64,000 nucleotides of DNA from Candidatus Latescibacterota bacterium (GTDB taxonomy: Bacteria > Latescibacterota > UBA2968 > UBA8231): NCBI GenBank assembly GCA_965215195.1, contig CBDCDC010000001.1, forward strand, positions 544,001 through 608,000, written 5' to 3'. Both the position numbers and the translations under genes were made by a program. Shown piece by piece: positions 59,438 through 64,000 of this stretch. The notes under the pieces were generated by a model. That model made no database searches and had not been told where the DNA came from. It saw nothing but the letters and a program-made list of their open reading frames with translations. The stretch's first letter is position 1. The number at the start of each line of letters is the position of its first letter.

Positions 59438-61186
59438 ATGGACCGCGAAACCATGACCAACGAAGAGAATTACTGTTTCGACGTGGCCGGATATTTGCAC
59501 GTGCCCGGGACGCTGACTCGGCCGGAGGTCGAGCGGCTCAATAGGGAGATCGACGCCATGGGAGCGACCGAGGGGATGCTGGGTTGGCCGGGGCCGGCGC
59601 GGGAGCCATTCCGCGACCTGTTGGTACATCCGGCGTTGGTGTGGTATCTCAACCAGCTCGTGGGCGAGGGGTTTATCCTCGACCGCGCACCGGAGATCTG
59701 GGGTGAGGAGACCTGCGACACGAGCGCACCGCTGGTCGGCGGCAACGAGCCTCGGGACCCCGCCATTGCGTACTACTACCAGAACGGGCGGCGCTTCAGC
59801 GAGGGGGTGCGGGTGCTGTGGGCGCTGGAGGATGTCGAGGCCGAGGACGGCGGCTTTGTGCTAGTGCCGTGCAGCCACAAGGGCAATGTGGCGACGCCGG
59901 CAGAAGTTGCGACCGGGGCCGACGATATGGGGCTTGTTTTGCAGCCGGCACTCAAGACCGGGGATTTGCTGATCGCGGCGCTGGCGACTGTGCAGGGGAT
60001 GCGGCCGTGGAAGGGGGAAGGACGTCAGCGGCTGTTGAGTTACGAATTCGTGGGGCGCGGCGTGATCCGCAGCGTCGGGACCGGGCCGAAGACCGCAGTG
60101 GCGCCGCGTCCAGAATGGCACGCCGAATTGAGTGAGGTGCAGCGGGCCTCGCTCTACAAGCCGGGCTACCAAGCCACGTCTCCGCCGCCGACGATTGCGA
60201 CCGACGGCCAGACCACGCGGATGGAGTCCGGGGTCTTTCACCCGTCGCTTTTGCAGATGGACCCCGCCAGCGGCATTGACTACCGGGAATTTTACTTTTG
60301 GGACCTCAACGGCTATCTGGTCTTGCGCGGGGTGATGGACGAGGAGTGGTTGGCCGCGGCCAACGAGGCAGTGGACCGCTTTGAGGAGCGGATCGAAGTC
60401 GGCGCAGAGCTGGCGCGGGGGTCCAAAAGTCTGGCGGGAACCGGGCGGCCCTTATTGCCTGGACTGCTCGAACTGCCCCAGCCCTATTGCGAACCGTTCC
60501 GGCGCATGGTCGCGCATCCAGCGGTCGAGCACCGGCTGAACTGGATGGGCGGCAGCGGCGGGCGGATGGGCGGAGCAACGGGTTTTGTCTCGGTCAAGGG
60601 GACCAGCGGCCACGCCCTGCACGACGCCAACGAGCCGCTCAACCCCGGCCGCGGCTATGTGTACCACAACGGCCGCAGCTATTGCGAGGCCATCACCGTG
60701 ACTTGGCAGCTCCGGGACGTGCGGGCGGGCGACGGGGGTTTTGCCTGCGTGCCGGGCAGCCACAAGGCATACTACCGAATGCCTCCCGGCGTGCGGACCT
60801 GCGACCGCGATATGGGGCTGGTCAAACACGTTGAGATGCAGGCCGGCGATGTGCTGTTCTTTGGCGACGGCGGCACGACCCACGGGGCGTTGGCTTGGAA
60901 GAGCGAGATTGCGCGGCGGGGCATCCTGATCAAGTATTCGTCGCGCAACTTCAACCGCAGCGGTGGCGAGATGGTCCACCCGGAAAACCGCTGGGGCGAA
61001 TGGGTCGAGGGGATGAGCGACGCCCAGCTAGCGGTGATGCGCGGCCCGGACCGCGATGTGTTCAACAACAACGTGCCGCGACTGGACGTGGCCAATGGCG
61101 AGGTGTTCGTGTCGTACGAGCGCGGGTCGTCGCTCTACAGCAAGGAAGCACCGACTGGGCCGTTGGCAAAGGACGAGAAAGGTTAA
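59438..61186 (+). CDS. Tandem phytanoyl-CoA dioxygenase (PhyH)-domain protein
   Basis: Two repeats of FD..GYL...L.DV...DGGF..VP.SHK...GD. Confidence 0.88.
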   Translation: MDRETMTNEENYCFDVAGYLHVPGTLTRPEVERLNREIDAMGATEGMLGWPGPAREPFRDLLVHPALVWYLNQLVGEGFILDRAPEIWGEETCDTSAPLVGGNEPRDPAIAYYYQNGRRFSEGVRVLWALEDVEAEDGGFVLVPCSHKGNVATPAEVATGADDMGLVLQPALKTGDLLIAALATVQGMRPWKGEGRQRLLSYEFVGRGVIRSVGTGPKTAVAPRPEWHAELSEVQRASLYKPGYQATSPPPTIATDGQTTRMESGVFHPSLLQMDPASGIDYREFYFWDLNGYLVLRGVMDEEWLAAANEAVDRFEERIEVGAELARGSKSLAGTGRPLLPGLLELPQPYCEPFRRMVAHPAVEHRLNWMGGSGGRMGGATGFVSVKGTSGHALHDANEPLNPGRGYVYHNGRSYCEAITVTWQLRDVRAGDGGFACVPGSHKAYYRMPPGVRTCDRDMGLVKHVEMQAGDVLFFGDGGTTHGALAWKSEIARRGILIKYSSRNFNRSGGEMVHPENRWGEWVEGMSDAQLAVMRGPDRDVFNNNVPRLDVANGEVFVSYERGSSLYSKEAPTGPLAKDEKG

Positions 61187-61301
61187 TGCCGCTAGCGAAA
61201 TCGGTGAACTGGAACGGGAGAAGGCGACTGCCTGATGAGATAAGAGGGCAGTCTCGGTGGATTCGCCATTCAATGGAGGGCCGTCGCTTCATGCTCGCAG
61301 G

Positions 61302-61868
61302 CTACCAGCCACATGCTTCGCGCAACGGACGCATCGCCTCCGCACTGCCTTTTAGATTGAAAGTACCTTCCACCACGGGTCCGACCTCTGGATCAGTTCT
61401 CACAAACAGCTTTCGGGCACTTGCAATTTTACGCGCCCAAGAAACGCCGTTATAAGCAAAAATCGCCTTACCAGTGGTGGATTGCCTCCAACCCTTTTTT
61501 TCTGCAGGCTCTTGGTCAAAACGGGACCAGACAAAGAGATCCCATCCCCTGATTCGTTCCAAAACCGTATAGTAACCAATGAGCACATCCGTTTTGCCCT
61601 CTAAACAACGGACTATAAGCTGCAGGAGGACGTTGTCCTCTGCTCTTAAAACCATAAATACATTCTGTGAGTCATCGAGCGGCGAGGTTTCCCGCCTCAC
61701 ATACCACTGGCCTGTGTCAGAATCAAGCACGCCATTCTGCGAGTCATCGAGCGGCGAGGTCTCTCGCCTCACATCCCCACTGCCCGTGTCAGAATCAAGC
61801 GAACGACTGCATCCACCGGAAACGAAAAGCAAGCAACTCACGCAAACGGAGAGCATTAATTGTTTCAT
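61302..61868 (-). CDS. Lipoprotein with VasI/EvfG-like domain
   Basis: Lipobox SGGC; W....TSPLDDS, L.VRC.EGKT.V.I, F.L.G......PLREACGW. Confidence 0.65.
   Translation of the reverse strand: MKQLMLSVCVSCLLFVSGGCSRSLDSDTGSGDVRRETSPLDDSQNGVLDSDTGQWYVRRETSPLDDSQNVFMVLRAEDNVLLQLIVRCLEGKTDVLIGYYTVLERIRGWDLFVWSRFDQEPAEKKGWRQSTTGKAIFAYNGVSWARKIASARKLFVRTDPEVGPVVEGTFNLKGSAEAMRPLREACGW
61661..61800 (-). repeat. Intragenic 72-bp-period duplication (LDSDTG..VRRETSPLDDSQN x2)
   Basis: cattctg(t/c)gagtcatcgagcggcgaggt...gtgtcagaatcaagc at 61661 and 61733. Confidence 0.9.
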
Positions 61869-61889
61869 GCTGCGGGTATCCTTTTCTCG

Positions 61890-64000
61890 TCAGCTCTCAT
61901 CGGCAAAGTCGCGCGCATTCTGAAAGAGCTTCAGCCACGGCCCTTCTTCGCCCGTCCACTCGGCCGGACGCCAAGATAGCTGGACATTGCGGAAGACGCG
62001 CTCGGGGTGCGGCATCATAATGGTGGCGCGGCCATCGGCGCTGGTGAAGGCGGTTAGTCCTTCGGGCGAGCCGTTCGGGTTGGACGGATAGCGTTTGGCC
62101 GGGCGGCCGTAGTTATCCACGTAGCGCAGGCAAAGCTGGTTTTGCATCCGCGCTCGTTCTAGTGCCGGCTCGTCGCCAAATTGGACGCGGCCCTCGCCGT
62201 GTGCCACCGCAATGGGCAAGCGCGATCCCTCCATGCCGCGCAAGAGCACCGAGCGGCTCTCCAGCACCTCTACGGCCGCGAGCCGCGCCTCAAACTGCTC
62301 GGAGCGGTTGCGCCCAAATCGCGGCCAGTTGCCCGCGCCCGGGATCAGTTCCACGAGATGCGACAGCATCTGGCAGCCATTGCACACCCCCAAGGAAAAG
62401 GTATCCGGCCGCTCAAAGAAGGCGGCGAATTGCTCGCGCAGGCGGTCGTGAAAGAGGATGGAACGCGCCCAGCCGGCCCCGGCCCCGAGTACGTCGCCGT
62501 AGCTGAAGCCGCCGCAGGCAGCCAGCCCGTGAAACGAACTCAACTCAACGCGGCCTGCCAACAGGTCGGTCATGGTCACGTCAACCGCCTCGCAGGCGGC
62601 GGCGTCAAAGGCCGCGGCCATTTCCACGTGGCCGTTGACGCCCTGCTCGCGCAGTATCGCCACGCGGGGGCGCGCCTTTCCCCCTATGGTCGGGGCGACT
62701 TTGTGCGCCAAGTGAAAATTCAGGCCCGGATTGCGGCCATCGCCAAGGGCCTCGTACTCCTCGCGAGCGCAGTCTGGGTCGTCGCGGTGGGCCTGCATCC
62801 GATACGTCAGCTCAGCCCACGCCGCGTGGAGGTTGAGCAGGGGGGCGGCATAGACGAGATCGCCGCGGCTGGAAACGCGCAGGTGCAAGTCGTCAACGGG
62901 CTGACCCACGCCGTGGACCAAGTCGGCAATGCCTTGGTCCGCAAAGACCTTGTACACGGCTGCCTCATCCTCGGCGCGATATTGGATTACAACGCCCACT
63001 TCCTCGCAAAACAGCGCGGCGAGCGGATCGCGGCCCAGCGTGTTGATCTCCAGCTCCACGCCGCAACGGCCAGCAAACGCCATCTCGGCTACCGCGGCAA
63101 AGAGGCCGCCGTCGGATCGGTCGTGGTACGCAAGCACGAGCTCTTGGTCGAGCAAGGTCTGCACGGCCTCGTACAAGCCGCGCACATCGCCTGCATCTAC
63201 GTCCGGGACCTCGTTGCCGATTTGGTTGAACGCTTGGGCGAGGCAAGAGCCGCCGAGGCGGTTGCGCCCGCGACCCAAATCCACGAGCAGCAGCCGGGTG
63301 TGGCCGCGCTTTAGGTCGGGCGTGACGTGGCGGCGCACATCTTCTACAGGCGCGAAGGCCGAGACGACCAAGCTCAAGGGCGCGACCACTTTGTGCGCTG
63401 TGCCCGCGGCGTCTTCCCACACCGCCCGCATGGACAGCGAGTCTTTGCCCACTGGGATCGACACCCCTACGGCCGGGCAAAACTCCAAACCCACTGCACG
63501 CACTGCGTCGTACAGGGCCGCGTCCTCGCCCTCCTCGCCGCAGGCACACATCCAGTTGCCCGACAGCTTGATGCGGTGGATCGGGCCGATGTGCGCCGCG
63601 GCAATGTTGGCAATGGCCTCGGCAATGGCCACGCGCCCGGACGCCGGCGCATCCACCAAGGCAAGGGGCGTGCGCTCGCCCATGGCCATGGCCGACCCAG
63701 TGTACCCCTGAAAGGAGTGGCAGGTCAGGGCCAGATCCGCGACCGGCACCTGATGGGGGCCAACCATCTGATCGCGGGCCACCAAGCCGGTGACCGTGCG
63801 GTCGGCAATGGCGATGAGGAAGGTCTTGGCCGCTACGGCCGGGAAGCGGAGCACGTGCGCGGCGGCCTCGGCTACCGAGAGGTGCTCTAAGGCGAGGGGC
63901 TGCTGCACGGGCTGGCTGCGCGTTGCGCGGCGCAGCATCTTGGGCGGCTTGCCCAAAATGACCGCTAGGTCGAGGCGGTCGATGGGCTTGCCGCCGAGCA
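61890..64000 (-). CDS. purL: Phosphoribosylformylglycinamidine synthase (large single-chain form), 5'-truncated by the window
   Basis: [49 protein letters not shown]. Confidence 0.96.
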   Translation of the reverse strand, partial: LGGKPIDRLDLAVILGKPPKMLRRATRSQPVQQPLALEHLSVAEAAAHVLRFPAVAAKTFLIAIADRTVTGLVARDQMVGPHQVPVADLALTCHSFQGYTGSAMAMGERTPLALVDAPASGRVAIAEAIANIAAAHIGPIHRIKLSGNWMCACGEEGEDAALYDAVRAVGLEFCPAVGVSIPVGKDSLSMRAVWEDAAGTAHKVVAPLSLVVSAFAPVEDVRRHVTPDLKRGHTRLLLVDLGRGRNRLGGSCLAQAFNQIGNEVPDVDAGDVRGLYEAVQTLLDQELVLAYHDRSDGGLFAAVAEMAFAGRCGVELEINTLGRDPLAALFCEEVGVVIQYRAEDEAAVYKVFADQGIADLVHGVGQPVDDLHLRVSSRGDLVYAAPLLNLHAAWAELTYRMQAHRDDPDCAREEYEALGDGRNPGLNFHLAHKVAPTIGGKARPRVAILREQGVNGHVEMAAAFDAAACEAVDVTMTDLLAGRVELSSFHGLAACGGFSYGDVLGAGAGWARSILFHDRLREQFAAFFERPDTFSLGVCNGCQMLSHLVELIPGAGNWPRFGRNRSEQFEARLAAVEVLESRSVLLRGMEGSRLPIAVAHGEGRVQFGDEPALERARMQNQLCLRYVDNYGRPAKRYPSNPNGSPEGLTAFTSADGRATIMMPHPERVFRNVQLSWRPAEWTGEEGPWLKLFQNARDFADES

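Noticed and set aside
61187-61301. CTGATGAG plus an upstream GAAA suggesting a hammerhead; hairpin gactgcc/ggcagtc
   Set aside because: Stem II and the stem III/UH cleavage site cannot be formed; more likely a simple hairpin between convergent genes

Overview
GC-rich bacterial chromosome segment. The gene content (UBact-proteasome operon, FlgD-Ig-tailed M6 proteases, ankyrin and FGE-sulfatase modules, double PhyH protein) suggests an FCB-group lineage such as Latescibacterota, possibly a marine-invertebrate symbiont; this taxonomy is inference only. Housekeeping genes (lepB, arc-dop-ubact-prcB-prcA-pafA, gatB, nadB, guaA, tyrS, purL) are interleaved with many lower-GC defence and accessory cassettes. 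These include a three-gene dynamin-like operon, an orphan MTase, HicAB, a decayed VapBC, a type I R-M operon carrying TIR/SLOG/TIR cargo, a type II R-M pair, an AlbA_2 protein and a three-gene RES-Xre locus. The strongest hidden signals are: (1) a DUF3800 (QLAD) gene with a convergent, promoter-driven three-way-junction RNA, apparently inserted as a unit into a decayed AlbA_2 gene inside the type I R-M operon; (2) a Tyr4 leader-peptide attenuator upstream of tyrS; (3) a dynamin-ankyrin-C-type-lectin fusion whose tail looks like a DGR variable region and which is split by an IS982-like element; (4) a lone CRISPR-repeat-like sequence whose 3' 18 bp recur exactly as the RBS and start codon of arc; (5) an XRE-fused HsdM whose start codon is centred in a perfect 13-bp inverted repeat. 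All family assignments come from motif recognition; no database searches were run.
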